From Podarcis gaigeae (lineage: Eukaryota): a stretch of 64,000 nucleotides of DNA. Positions 12,826 through 24,782 of the stretch are shown piece by piece. The translations under genes were made by a program, and so were the position numbers. Below the pieces are notes generated by a model, which saw only the letters and a program-made list of their open reading frames with translations, made no database searches and was not told the DNA's origin. The stretch is from assembly GCA_964106915.2 (NCBI GenBank), contig OZ066916.1; one strand, 5' to 3'. Within the stretch, counting starts at the first letter, position 1. Every line of letters starts with the position of its first letter.

Positions 12826-13907
12826 TGGATAACACAACGATTTTTATGGCGAAGAGGTTTCGAGAAAGTGGGGTGGAGAATAGTTAATGAGGAATAGATA
12901 TGTTACATTACATGAGAGTTTCATACCTCTCTGTGTTTCCTACTAGAATCACATTCAGTTTAAAAATGCCTCTTACCCTGTGTATGTTCTTATGGTCTCT
13001 GTATCCTCCCAGACAGTTATTGACATTATGCATGCTTTTTTATTATTTTTTTAAAGAAACCCTCGTTAATTACTGCTGCCGCTCACTTTCCTTGGCATGT
13101 CTGGGGCTGTTTCTTATGGACCCCATATCGCATCAAATTGTTAATGGTATATAAAAGATGCACTTTCTCCTTTAAAATATTTTCTGTGTTGTAATTTAAA
13201 GGTACAGCTTACAAAAAAGGGAGGAGTAACTAAAAGTTAAGAGTGTAGGCTTGCATAATAGATGAGTTGTATGCATTATATTTGGGAAGCAAAGCCATGA
13301 GCAAATGAATCCTAGGAAGTGGTTGTGAAAAAGGAGCCCCCAAATGCTTGCATGTGATGGGATGATAACTGCAATATCTCGCACTTCCATATAAACTGGC
13401 TACATGCTTCGTCATGAAAATTAGTAACCACCATGTGTTGCTTAAGAGAAAACAAGTTAAGCCCTGTGTTGCAACTAGAAATGGACCTACTGCTGTCTAT
13501 TGATTATGAGATCTCTGGAAGGGCGGTGCTGTTTTACTTATGCATGTACATTACTTGAATACACCTGAATGGATTCCGATTATTGTTTCAGGGGATGTGA
13601 TGTTCTGCTGAAGTTCTTTCTATAGTGTTTGGTCTGCGATGACTGTTTCACATGCTGGTTGCAGTCACTGAGTAATGAAAATGCAGTTATAAACATGCCC
13701 TGTGTCTCAATTCATGTTACTTTACTGGGAACGTAAAACCTATACAGAAGTTTCCCTTCAGAAAATAGCACAATGTCTTTAACATTCCATTGAAAATTTC
13801 CTCAGCTTCTGGTATCTCTGGCTACTTTATCCCTGGGTTATTTTCACCCTAAACTGTTTTAAGTACTTTGTCAAATGACCTTAATGATGTACTGAAAATT
13901 GCTGCAA

Positions 13908-13913
13908 AATAAA
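13908..13913 (+). terminator. Putative distal polyadenylation signal of MYO6
   Basis: AATAAA with an upstream TGTA element (13888-13891) and T-rich sequence downstream. Confidence 0.55.
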
Positions 13914-14028
13914 AACACTCAATTGATCTCTCTGGGATATTATTTATTTAAGAAAGAGTGAGAATGACTGGTGGAGCTCTGAAACTTGCACTTTGCTTTC
14001 TCAAGTCAGTGTAACTATTAAAGTAATA

Positions 14029-14269
14029 CAGTGGTACCTCGATTTAAGAACAGTCCAGTTTAAGAATGATTTGGTTTACGAACTCCACAAAACCGGTAAT
14101 AGTGTCCCAGTTTGAAAACTTTACCTCTGTCTAAGAACGGAATCCAAATGGTGGAAGGGCACCAGCGGCGGAAGGCCTCATTAGGGAAAGCACACCTCAG
14201 TTTAAGAACAGTTTTGGTTTAAGAATGGACTTCCGGAACGGATTAAATTCATAAACTGAGGTACCACTG
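14029..14269. mobile_element. pogo/Tigger-like MITE, 241 bp, between the two 3' ends
   Basis: TIR CAGTGGTACCTC...GAGGTACCACTG with TA TSD. Confidence 0.9.
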
Positions 14270-14695
14270 TACTGGCTTCTAAAACTGTCTCATGAATTGG
14301 CTTGCATAATATTCCAATGTGGAACTTTTGGGGGTGGCGGGGTGTGTGTGTCGAGGGTTGTCATTGCTTCTAACATTCTTCTTACCAACTAATGCTTTTT
14401 TCTCAAATAGGCACCATTATTTTCCACGACCCAATTAAAGATAGTTGTGACCATAAGCCAACTGGAATCAAATGAAGTTGTTTACAACTTACTTTAAAAC
14501 AAGCACTGGATTTAATATTTTGTAAGATCATAAAATATTTTTGATTGCCCTTATATCGCTTTTAAATATTTTATGTTATATATATATGCATGCATCCTAG
14601 ATGCGCAAAAAAGGAAAAAACCTTTTAACTACTAAGCAGACATTTTTCTGATATATAACATAGAAATACAGTCTGTCTACACTCTAGTTAAATAT

Positions 14696-14709
14696 TTTAT
14701 TATTTTATT
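14696..14709 (-). terminator. Putative tandem polyadenylation signals of IMPG1
   Basis: The minus strand reads TTTTGTATTTCAATAAAATAATAAAA: two AATAAA preceded by TGTA. Confidence 0.55.
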
Positions 14710-17577
14710 GAAATACAAAACATTCTCTCATCCAGCAAAGATATTTGGTAATTAATATTTGAAAATGATAAATTATGGTCAAGAACAATTGTTTCATTAT
14801 TAAAACTGACATGTAAAAACGATTTCTATTGTTTTTCTTATAGAAATTGGTATGAATAAACATATACAAAAAAAATAGCTCTGAAATGAAAATATATTGA
14901 ATACAATGAGGAATCTTAACTTACACAACCTCCAATAGTGCCTGGTGTATAGTGGGATATCTTCAGATATATGCCCTAAAGATGTCATCTAGGCTGTGAA
15001 ATGGTACCTTGGTGTCCATGTAAGCTTCCTCACTGACGTTAAGATGAGATCTTCTCCATGTATATATAAATAATGTTACACTTGACTGTAAACTCAACAT
15101 TTTTTTTACCTTGAGGCGGCTGACTACCTCTAACGCGGCGTCTACGAGCCCATATGAGAATATAACTTGGCAGGCGACTTTCTTGACACCATAAAATAAA
15201 TAGATGAAGATTAGTTAGCTCAACTCTTACAGGTATTGGGTCTGAGTAAACATTTAAGAGAAGCAATTAGCCATGGTATTGTTTATATAAGCTGTATTGC
15301 CTAAATGCACGCAGGAAGGAGAGATGGTTCAGGGCACTAGGATTATACCCAGAGCAGAAATGCACTTGATAATTAAAGGAAAACATCTGCCACTCCAAAA
15401 AAGAAAGGAAGCAATGCTAGCCCTAGTAAAAGACTTCCCCTTAGTGCTCGGTTCCTAGGCACACCTAACTTTAAATAATTCTGGCTTTGGATATTCTGTA
15501 CATCTGGGGGATGGGGTGAAGAAGGACCTCTAAGCTGCGCTTCCTCATCTCTTGCTGCTTTAGAATATTTGAAATTGAGGCTCATGCATATTCCTGGCTG
15601 GTTGTAGCATTATGCACATGCACCAACCTATCCAACAAGTCTCTACCCCCTACTTGCTGCAGACACCTGAAGCACTTTGTTTTTACTGAAAGCAATTCGG
15701 ATCACTACCAGTTATGTGGTGCTTAGCGTGCATTGAAGGTTCCGCACAACCTATTATTCCATTTAGACAAATGACCCAGCACAGAAGTGTGGGTTGTAGT
15801 TGGGTGTGTCCATTTTTTGAAAAATCTTACTAGATGTGCCTGCATGTTGCTAGTTGAGAAGTCTTGTACAGTAACAAATCACACCACATTAGTGGCTTGG
15901 TGTCTGTGCGAACAAAAACAATTACTGCAATCTATCACAACTATATGATAGCAAACACATCCCTTATACACACAGCCTAAAATTTACAGGCCGATTCTCA
16001 AAAGCATATAGGAAAATATCTTAGCAATTATAGTTAAAATAAAAATGTCCACTTAATGTCTTTATATCTGTAAAAGAACAGCGTTGTGGGGTTTAGTTTC
16101 TGTCTGTCTGATTGTAGGTCACTTTAGGTTGCCCTGAACAAGAGAAAGTGACTAACAAATTTAATAAAGACTTATAATAATCACCGGTGGTGGTGTTTAG
16201 GGCGGAAAACCCCACTGTAAGCCTTCAATACGATTCTCCAGTAATTATAATAAAACAGTTACTACCACATAACTGACAACCATTCCAGTAGTTAGTATAT
16301 GTGTCGGCCACTTTTCTGTTCATTTATTTTGGGATAGAATACCACCAATGGTAACTTTTCCAGCAGAGACTTCTGCATCTGAATCTAAGCTTTAAAATAA
16401 AAATATTTATCATATAAACACTGTACAGTTATTAAATACATTTAGCACTGCATTCATGATAACATGGATATTATGTAATGGAGGACAACAGTTTTGACGG
16501 AAAGTAGGTGCAGCCACCTTGTTCTTTTTTACTCAGATATAAACTTCAGTTAATGTGTTCACTGTTATGGAAAAAAAAGTATGGGTTGCCTTCTGAAGCT
16601 TTGTTGTTGCCTCTCTCCTCCCCCAAAGACTCCATTTATCCAGGTGAGTGAACTTGGTATAACCAGCAGTCCTCTTGGTGAAAATCTGTGGAAACAAAGT
16701 GCCAATAATGTGGCCAACATTGACTCAAAAGACACTGAGAGCTTTCCCTCAGATTCCAGAGTTAATTTCTGGAGTGACGCTTGCCCCAAACCTTAGACTT
16801 CTTTTGAGATAAAGTATTGGCCAAACTTTATCAGAAAATAACTATTACATTTTCTGAGAATATTTTCTCTTTGGACTCCTTCTGAATTGCTGGATATTTC
16901 CATTCCCACCAAGAGTATTTGGCAACCCCACCCCTCTATTGCCCACTAACAGAGTTAAATACAGATCCAGTGTTAATACTGTTTAGAATTGCTGAAGGAA
17001 GCAAAGTGCTTAGTCCTTCTGGCTTAGTCCTTCTTCCATCCTTCCCTTATTCCATTGTTACCTTCATCTACCAGTGCAAACAAAAACGTAAGTTTGTATT
17101 CTACTAATCATTAACTGAATTGAAATTTCACAGTAGAAGGTTCTGTGAATGTTTTAGAAGTCCACTACCTCACTTGGACACAAGATCTGGAAAAATGCTT
17201 CCTTCTTCCAATACCCACACCATGCTGCTGCCCACAAGTTGGGCAAAGAATTCAGGGAGGGGGGGACGATGACAGACAGACATTTTTGCTCACCCCTGGA
17301 ATCCAGTTTATACTCCAAGATCCTCTCCTTTAGTAGTTTGTACCAGGCCTTTGTAGTGCTCAGTTTTCTTTTACTTTCACACCACTCTTCAATGATTGTT
17401 TAGGCTCTTTTAAAAAGGGCTCAACTATAGCAGTGGCAAATAAATACATGAAGGGTGGGTTCTGACTCTCAAAGGTATTGAGAGGATGTTTCCACACAAT
17501 ATATAGCTATTTACAAAAATAAAAACCACAAACCTTTATGTCCGCTGACTGTTGCCTAGAATTCAGGGCGTCAGATA

Positions 17578-17611
17578 CTAACTCATCAGTCTTTGCTTTG
17601 TATCAGGTGGC
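17578..17611 (-). CDS. IMPG1: IMPG1 last coding segment (R-PPDTKQRLMS*), homologue of human exon 16
   Basis: CCTTCTTTTCCTTACAG acceptor. The phase 2 start joins the preceding exon, and TAG is at 17580-17578. RPPD resembles human RLPD and chicken RSPD as recalled. Confidence 0.8.
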
Positions 17612-18700
17612 CTGTAAGGAAAAGAAGGATATGAATTTTTACTGCATGCTATGCAAGCCATCAAAGCCAAAAAGCTAGAGCAGAAAGTGCTAACAGTGCA
17701 GAAGTGCTAAAAAGAATGTTCTGGTCTGAAGCTGTGACAAGAGGTTTTAGAGACAGTGAGGGTTAGTCCTTTGTAGTTGTGGAACACCAAAGGCAAGTTG
17801 AAGTTGGTTGTTAATGAGGGCAACTCAGAGAAGACACATGTTGAAGAGGAACGAGTAGTATTTGCATGCATTTTACCTCCATGCTCTGTTCTGTGCTCAT
17901 GCTTTTGCAATGCTCCTTGATCACTGCTCTCTGAAGGACTGATACAAGCACTTACGTTACATGGCCCATGACACAAACTACTGATGGGTTCATGGTGGTC
18001 AAAGGCAGGATTAATTCTGACAGCATTCTCTGTGTTGCTTTGGCTGAGAGGAGGACCTCTACAAGGCAGAACATGTTTGTTTAGGGTAAGACTTCCTGTC
18101 TGTAGTTTTTAAAAGTTCCAAAAAACTGTTGGGGGAGGGTTAAGCTGCTTACTCCAGTTTAGGCTTGGTATTGCATTTTCTTCGCAACTTATATATTAAA
18201 GTGACGAGAAGAATAACTAGGCTTAATAAGCCAAGCATCAAAGCTTTGGAGATGTTGGACCGGGTAGGTGCTGGAGCATATTTTGCACAACGCCCTCGGC
18301 TGTTTCTACGGGCTGGGCATCTAAAACATGGAGGGAAAGGGAAGCAAAGCAGTTTTATGTCAAAACAAGACCAAGGGCATGCAGGAAAAACAATTCAAAA
18401 CAGGTTCTCCATGCCTGTCCTAAACCCTTTAATCTGTGTTAGGTTTTAGGACTTTTCTTTTTATTCCACTTTTTATGCTGCATTTATATTTATCAGCCGG
18501 CACCCAAAGTGTGAGTAGACCCAGTAGAACTTCTCCTTCCTATCTTTCCCCCAGCTCAGATATGCTCCAGGGGTCCCCACAGCCACTCAGAGTGGAGTTT
18601 GGAGGCACACAGGGGCAAGAGAGTGAAGGAGAAGTCCTATAGCTCATGTGGATGTCAATTCCACAAGCGGGCTGACTCCACTGAATGCCAGTCATTTATA

Positions 18701-18836
18701 GGACAGCTCAGTTGGCTAGAGCGTGGTGCTGATAAGGCCAAAGTTGCAGGTTCGATGCCCCTATAGGACAGCTGCATATTCCTGCATTGCAGGGAGTTCC
18801 TCAGGGTCCCTTCCAACTCTGTAATTCTATGGTTCC
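18701..18836 (+). mobile_element. tRNA-Ile-like SINE with CR1-type tail
   Basis: Head AGCTCAGTTGGCTAGAGCGTGGTGCTGATAAGGCCAAAGTTGCAGGTTCGAT and tail GGTCCCTTCCAACTCT..ATTCTATG. Confidence 0.8.
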
Positions 18837-20044
18837 ATATTAACTTTTAAATTGTTTGATTTCTTCTTGTAAGACACCCTGAGGACTGCTATAGAGTGCG
18901 CTATAAATGCTGTACATAAATTATGGTAATAACACTGTAATAGAATTGCTAATAATAACGTGGTGTAAGTAGCTGACAGGCAAATGTGTGTTCATTCAGG
19001 TTCATTTCCTATACGGTGGCATCTCCCACCACAAGCACAGTGAAGCCTCAGATACTTACCTCAGGAATCTCCATATGCTCACTTGGAATGGTGGAAGGTC
19101 CTATAAGGAAAAGAACTTGGAGCAGGTCTTCCTCACAAGAGGTGCCCAGGGGGCAAGGAAAGGCAAACCTCCCATTTTAGAATATAGAAGCAGGAGATTG
19201 TAGCCAAAGCAACATGGTGGAGTTCTGCTGGTGCAGTGACACTTCCGTTTCCTCTCCTCACTTGACCCACTCCCAAAATGTTCTCCAGAGGGTCTCCCAA
19301 CCCCTGGAGCTGATTTTGAGGGTGTGCAGGGGAGGGTGTGCAGGGGAGAGGAGGGAAATGTTCTGTTCTGCTAGCACATGCCCCTTGCAACAGGTGCATA
19401 GGCTACCAGAAAGCACATGCATTCCTCTCTCCATAACGGGCCTGAATATAGGAAGATTTGCATTTTTATTTTGTTTTTCTATTATGCCTGATGAGGCGAC
19501 TGAAGGATTTCCTGTCAGTATCTATCAACTAGACTACGAGGAAACCCCGAAGATTACCTCCTTCAATTTACAGATTCTTAAAATGAGCTAAATCTAAACA
19601 AAGCGTCTGGTCCATTACACAGCTGACAAGTACATGCAATGTTCAAATCTGACAAAAATAACCTTTAACGTTGAAGCCCTTTCCGCTGAGCTGCATGAAG
19701 TAGATTCCGGCTTATGGCAAACAGTGGAGGCTGGAAGTCAACATGACTATGTGGGAACCAAAAACTTGATGCTGAGCACAGGCGCATAACATAGCACTGG
19801 CCCATTTAGGCCAGTACTGTTACTATGGCATGCAGGAGCTCTCCTGGGATCTTCCCAGTCCTGCTACCAGAGAGCTTTACAATTGGGAATTTTCTGTACG
19901 GATGCCATAAACCACTGTTCCCTCCCTACTCAATGTCTGTAATGGCTGCATTCTATCATGTGATGCTGTTCGAATGATGCAGTAGATTCCATAATATATT
20001 TCAAATTCTACAGCAGCACTGATATTCAAAATATTCATAATCAC

Positions 20045-20420
20045 AATCGGTCCTGCCATCCTCACAGGCATACTTGGTAGGGATGTGGGGATAGGGCCTT
20101 TTCAGTGGCTGCCCCCAAAACTTTGGAACTCCCTCCCTGGAGAAGCTAGACTGGCTCCTTCCTTTTCCAGAAGGACAACAAGGAACAGACTTCTTTTAAT
20201 GAAAGGCTTGGTGCCCTGCTGCAGTTATTATAAATATCTGTATGTTTTTAATTGTGTTTGTGTGTGTTTGATTGATTAGTGTTTAATTGTTTTAAATGAT
20301 TTTTAAAAACAAATAATTTATATAAAAATGTTTTTAGCTGTTCTTATCCCCCCCTTAAGACGCCTTGAGTCACTGCCAAGGGAAAAGAAGGGTATAAATA
20401 AATACATAATAATATAATAG
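20045..20420 (+). mobile_element. Degraded L2-clade LINE 3' fragment abutting the IMPG1 exon-15 donor
   Basis: Contains PKLWNSLPGEARLAPS and an AATAAATA/ATA tail. Confidence 0.65.
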
Positions 20421-20433
20421 TGGTGACACTTAC

Positions 20434-20644
20434 CTACACACTGCCCCTCTTCCTGGAACCAGTTCACACTTGCCACCATTAACACACAAGTGTGGCTCAA
20501 TTTCACACAGGCTACGGCACGGCAGACCATCTCTTCGTACATAACCAGGCTTACAAAGGCAATCGGCCTCTTTCGTCCAGTCATTCTTTACGCACTGTGA
20601 AAATTCGTCGCATCCCATGAACTTGCAAGGATCCGCTTGATCAG
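20434..20644 (-). CDS. IMPG1: IMPG1 EGF-like exon ([18 protein letters not shown]...[12 protein letters not shown]), exon 15 homologue
   Basis: CTTTTACAG acceptor and GTAAGT donor. 211 nt, phase 1-2, with 10 Cys in EGF spacing. Confidence 0.97.
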
Positions 20645-20929
20645 CTGTAAAAGAAAAGGAGAATCTTTTTTAAAAACATGGGCCCATTGCCGCAGTGCCA
20701 CGTACACTTGGCAAAAACTTACTCTTGACTGAGGAGGGAAACAGGAGCTCCCCCCACAAGTACAAGTCTATCAGTAAAATACATCTTAGAAGAAGAGCCA
20801 GCATCATTTTGCATTTAAAAAGCTGCAGTTATGGATTCTTTTCTTTGGTGATCTGGCTTTCTCTTTACTTGATTCTCCTGCCTGTGACAGTCGTATGCTC
20901 AGACTAATAATGGAGAACTCTTAGAACCA

Positions 20930-21070
20930 CTAGCTAGGAACAACTGTGGGAGAGCGCTACTACTCTCAAGCCCTGCTTGTAGGATTCCTGAAGGCAACTG
21001 TTTGACCACTGTGGGAAGCAGGATCCTGGCCAAGACAAGTCATTGGTCTGATCCAGAAGGGCTTTTATTT
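20930..21070 (+). mobile_element. CR1-family 3' UTR fragment
   Basis: Reverse-complement similarity to 21810-21930 (GGTCTGATCCAG...GGGCT motif). Confidence 0.5.
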
Positions 21071-21809
21071 CTGGAAAGGAGTCTTCTTCCCTCTCTGAAA
21101 TAGTCTGCTACCCACACAAGCCTGCGACTCAGAGCTGTGTGTGTCACTTGGCTCAGTTTCCTTGGCAGTCTGCCTCATCTCCAGATATCTGAGAACCAGT
21201 ATGTAGATCTTTTCCTCATTTTCCCTCAACACTGAACTTTTAATTTTATATCTCCCAGGCTTTTTAAAAAAGAGAATGTAACAGTGTTTAAAAAATCCTT
21301 TAGGACATGCAAAGGAAACTGGTTCAAGTAATTGTGTGCCTTGCACAGAATTTATTAGAATATCTGTTATAGTTAGCAGTCCCCAACTCGGAAATAAAAG
21401 CTGTCTTTTAATCTGGAGATTATATATTCCTGTAGAATTTTAGGAACAAAGTTGGTTCAGACATAATCCTATTTTTTCAAGTAATGAATTTTCATCCTAC
21501 CCTTAAAACAAATAATAGGAAAGCAAGATATATTTGTTCTTCTACATATACCAATCAGGCTTTTGTCAACTTCAGTTTTCATTCATATTTCATTCATTCA
21601 TCTAGTCCAGGGTTTCCCAAAATTTTCAGCTGTTTTTGAACTACAACTCCCATGTTCCCTAGCTAACAGGAACAGTGGTCAGGGATCATAGGAGCCAACT
21701 CCTAGGGCCCCTCAATAAAATATTTCAGATCTCCACCCAGGTAAATGGTTCTGCTGTTGAACTGTTCTTAACTTTAATGATTTTCTCCTAACGTTCAGTT
21801 GACATCCAC

Positions 21810-22322
21810 CCTCATAAAAGCACAAGGAGAGCAGCCCTGGTGGATCAGAACAGTGTCCCATCTAGTCTCAGTATCCTGTTCTATTAGCTGCCTGTGGGAA
21901 GCCCACAAACAGAACCTGAGCACAACTGCACCTGAGTGATGATTTCAAACAACTGGTACTCAGAAGCATATTGCCTCCATCAGTGGAGGAACAACATAGC
22001 TATTAGGATTAGTAGTCACTGGAAGCCTTAGCCTCTATGAATTTGTCTAATCCTTTTATAAAGTCAACCTGTTACTTAATCCCATTAGATCTAGACCTGC
22101 CCTCTCGGGCAGCAGACAAGATGTCTCTGCCCTCTTATAGGTGACAGTCCTTCAGGTATCTGACTACAGCTATCATGTCCTCTGTGTCTTCCCTTCTCCA
22201 GGCTAAAGAGACCTAGTTCCTTCACCCATTCTTCATAGGACTTCTTTGCAGGACCCTTGACCATCGTTGTCCTCTGAACCAGCTCCAAATGTCTACAACC
22301 TTCTCAAACTGAAGTGCTGAAG
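21810..22322 (-). mobile_element. CR1 LINE 3' fragments (two adjacent pieces)
   Basis: Contains ELVQRTTMVKG...SYEEWVKELGLFSLEK, the CR1 ORF2 C-terminus, and GGATTAGACAAATTCATAGAGG. Confidence 0.75.
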
Positions 22323-23589
22323 AACCCCCAGAGGAGCTCTGGCTACTGCAGTGTCTCATCCCTTCAGACGTACATAAAAACAAATGGTCAACTATGTTTG
22401 GTTTTGCTTACAGTGCTGCATGGAATCTCACATTTTAATCCACAAACTTTGTTCTAGTCAGAAAAGGGACACAATTTAACACCCATCTTGTTTATCTCCT
22501 TTAAATGCGGTATCAACATTCCAGGATGTGAGGTAGAAGGAGGATCGTTCAGGACTGTTGTCAAGACAACATTTTTAATTCATGAAGTACACATGCAACT
22601 TCAGATAAGGAGTTCACATTGCACAGTTGCTATGCCACCTTGAGATATTTCTCACAGTTACTGTCTGTGCTTGCATTAAGGTTCTCTCAGTTACAGTAGC
22701 CTGGCTGCCAGCCTCCTCACCCTTCCTTGGTCAGCAGACAGTTTTCTGTTGTTAAAAATGCACACTCAGCTTCCTACTCCACCCAAGCATATAACCTCAA
22801 TGTAACATGCTTATCTCGCAGCAGGGTACTCAGTGCCCATTATGCCATGTTCCTGAAGTGTGACTCTTCAAAGGAATGAGAACTCAGGTCTGTAATGCCT
22901 GATGAACTCTTTCACCAGTTTTGTAGAATGGGTGGCCAAATAAACAGATGCTCTTTAGTGCTGCAGCTGTCATAGGAAGTGTGTGCGAATCAGCAGAGTA
23001 ACTCAATGACAGCAGCATGTTGAGCAGAGAACCAAGTGATCCTTCAGCTATGTTGGGACATGTGAGATTCATTCTGGGAGTACATTCTAAGAAGAGTCCA
23101 CCGTTTTCATTCTACTCTTAGATTTGCTTGTGGGAAAGGTCAATTCATTGAGAGAGACTCAGTTCTCTGACATGTTCTACATGATGTTTGGCCGGACATT
23201 GGCCAGGGCACTGAACAGCTAGGAAATCTCCCCACAGCCCTACAGGAGCTGCTCCCAATGAAAAGCTGCAACAGACCTGCAGCTGCAGAAGGACTGTTTG
23301 TCACCAGCCCTCCCAGCCAGTAGCTTTAACTGGCACAAGATCCCTGCTGCTGCTGCTGCTGCACTTGGCAGGATGGGCCTCTTACTCTTGAGTGATTCTG
23401 TTGGTGCTCTCTGTAAGCATGAAGTACCTAGAACATTTGCCAGAACTCCCACTGACTTCATTTGGACTGCGGGCAAAATAATATCTTCCTTGATTTTGGC
23501 CTATGCATCCTTTCCCCCCAATAAAAGTAAATATGCAGTATAGTCAGTTTCTCTCTAGGTACCTTTTTGTCAATGCTAAGGAATGCTTA

Positions 23590-23942
23590 GGGACGTGGAT
23601 GGCACTGTGGGTTAAACCGCAGAGCCTAGGACTTGCCGATCAGAAGGTCAGAGGTTCGAATCCCCGTGACGGGGTGAGCTCCTGTTGCTCGGTCCCTGCT
23701 CCTGCCAACCTAGCAGTTCAAAAGCAATTCAAAGTGCAAGTAGATAAATAGGTACAGCTCCGGTGGGAAGGTAAATGGAGTTTCCGTGCGCTGCTCTGGT
23801 TCGCCAGAAGCGGCTTAGTCATGCCGGCCACATGACCTGAAAGCTGTATGCCGGCTCCCTTGGCCAATAAAGCGAGATGAGCGCCGCAACCCCAGAGTCG
23901 GCCACGACTGGACCTAATGGTCAGGGGTCCCTTTACCTTTTC
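23590..23942 (+). mobile_element. Sauria-type SINE, full length, 11-bp TSD
   Basis: Near-identical to the 4293 copy. TSD aggaatgctta at 23579-23589 and 23943-23953. Confidence 0.93.
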
Positions 23943-24282
23943 AGGAATGCTTAAGAGCTTTACATTTTGTTATAAATAAAAAAGTGCAAATAACATTTGC
24001 CTCGTCTTAGCTTAGAATGCATATATTTCTTGCAATGTTTCTTGTCAAAATACGCATTTCCCCAATTGCTATTTTCTGTTGATAAAAAGCAGCTATTTAA
24101 GCTCTTGGGCTCTGTGCCATGTTTCACTGGGTTCTCAGGAGGGACCCTGATCATGACTTAGAGACAACCTGGGGCTTTTCATTCTTCCCGGGCCACCCGT
24201 CTTACAGAGAGCAACCGACATCATGAAATGCTTGCAGGAGAGAGCAATGTTTCTTCCCCCACTGCCCCATTTTTTACATCAC

Positions 24283-24502
24283 CTGGCTCAATATCAAGGG
24301 AATAGCTGTCAATTTCAAGGTTAAGGCGCTGAGCTGCTGCGTCACAAAAATCCTCCAGCACACAATGGACAGCCTCTGTGATGTTGTACGGCACTGACTT
24401 GGCAAACTTCATTTTGCTGTTGACAATCACACTTCCATTGCGGAAGTTCAGTATTTCCAGTTGTTTGAAGCCTGTTAGGTTGGACTGTAGGTAAGGAAGA
24501 AG
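24283..24502 (-). CDS. IMPG1: IMPG1 SEA-2 C-terminal exon ([33 protein letters not shown]...SLDIEP), exon 14 homologue
   Basis: Poly-Y plus TAG acceptor and GTGATG donor. 220 nt, phase 0-1. Confidence 0.97.
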
Positions 24503-24538
24503 CTACAAAAAGAAAAAAGAAAAGAGAAAACTTTAAGT

Positions 24539-24782
24539 CAGTGGTGTCCAAATTTTTCAAAGAGGGCCAGATTTTATGAAGTGAAGGGCCGTGGGGGCCA
24601 ACCAAAGGGTCAACTAAAGTTGTTGATTTTTTTTAGGGTTGGAGTTGTTGAGCTTCTTTTAGGATTGAAGTTGTTGAGGTTTTTTTTACAATTTTACCCC
24701 AGGAAATAAACTGCCACAGGGGCCAGATTAAATCGACCGGAGGGCAGGATTAGGCCTCCAAAATGGACTTTGGACATGCCTG
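24539..24782. mobile_element. hAT (Charlie/MER30-like) MITE, 244 bp
   Basis: TIR CAGTGGTGTCCAAA...TTTGGACATGCCTG. Perfect 8-bp TSD ctttaagt at 24531-24538 and 24783-24790. Confidence 0.9.

Larger units (their letters stand above)
10265..13935 (+). other. MYO6: Probable MYO6 long 3'UTR
   Basis: AT-rich, repeat-poor sequence after the stop, with AATAAA hexamers at 10311, 11325 and 13908. The 3' end is inferred. Confidence 0.6.

Noticed and set aside
14460-14467. Third miR-145 8mer AACTGGAA
   Set aside because: It lies downstream of the predicted distal MYO6 poly(A) signal.
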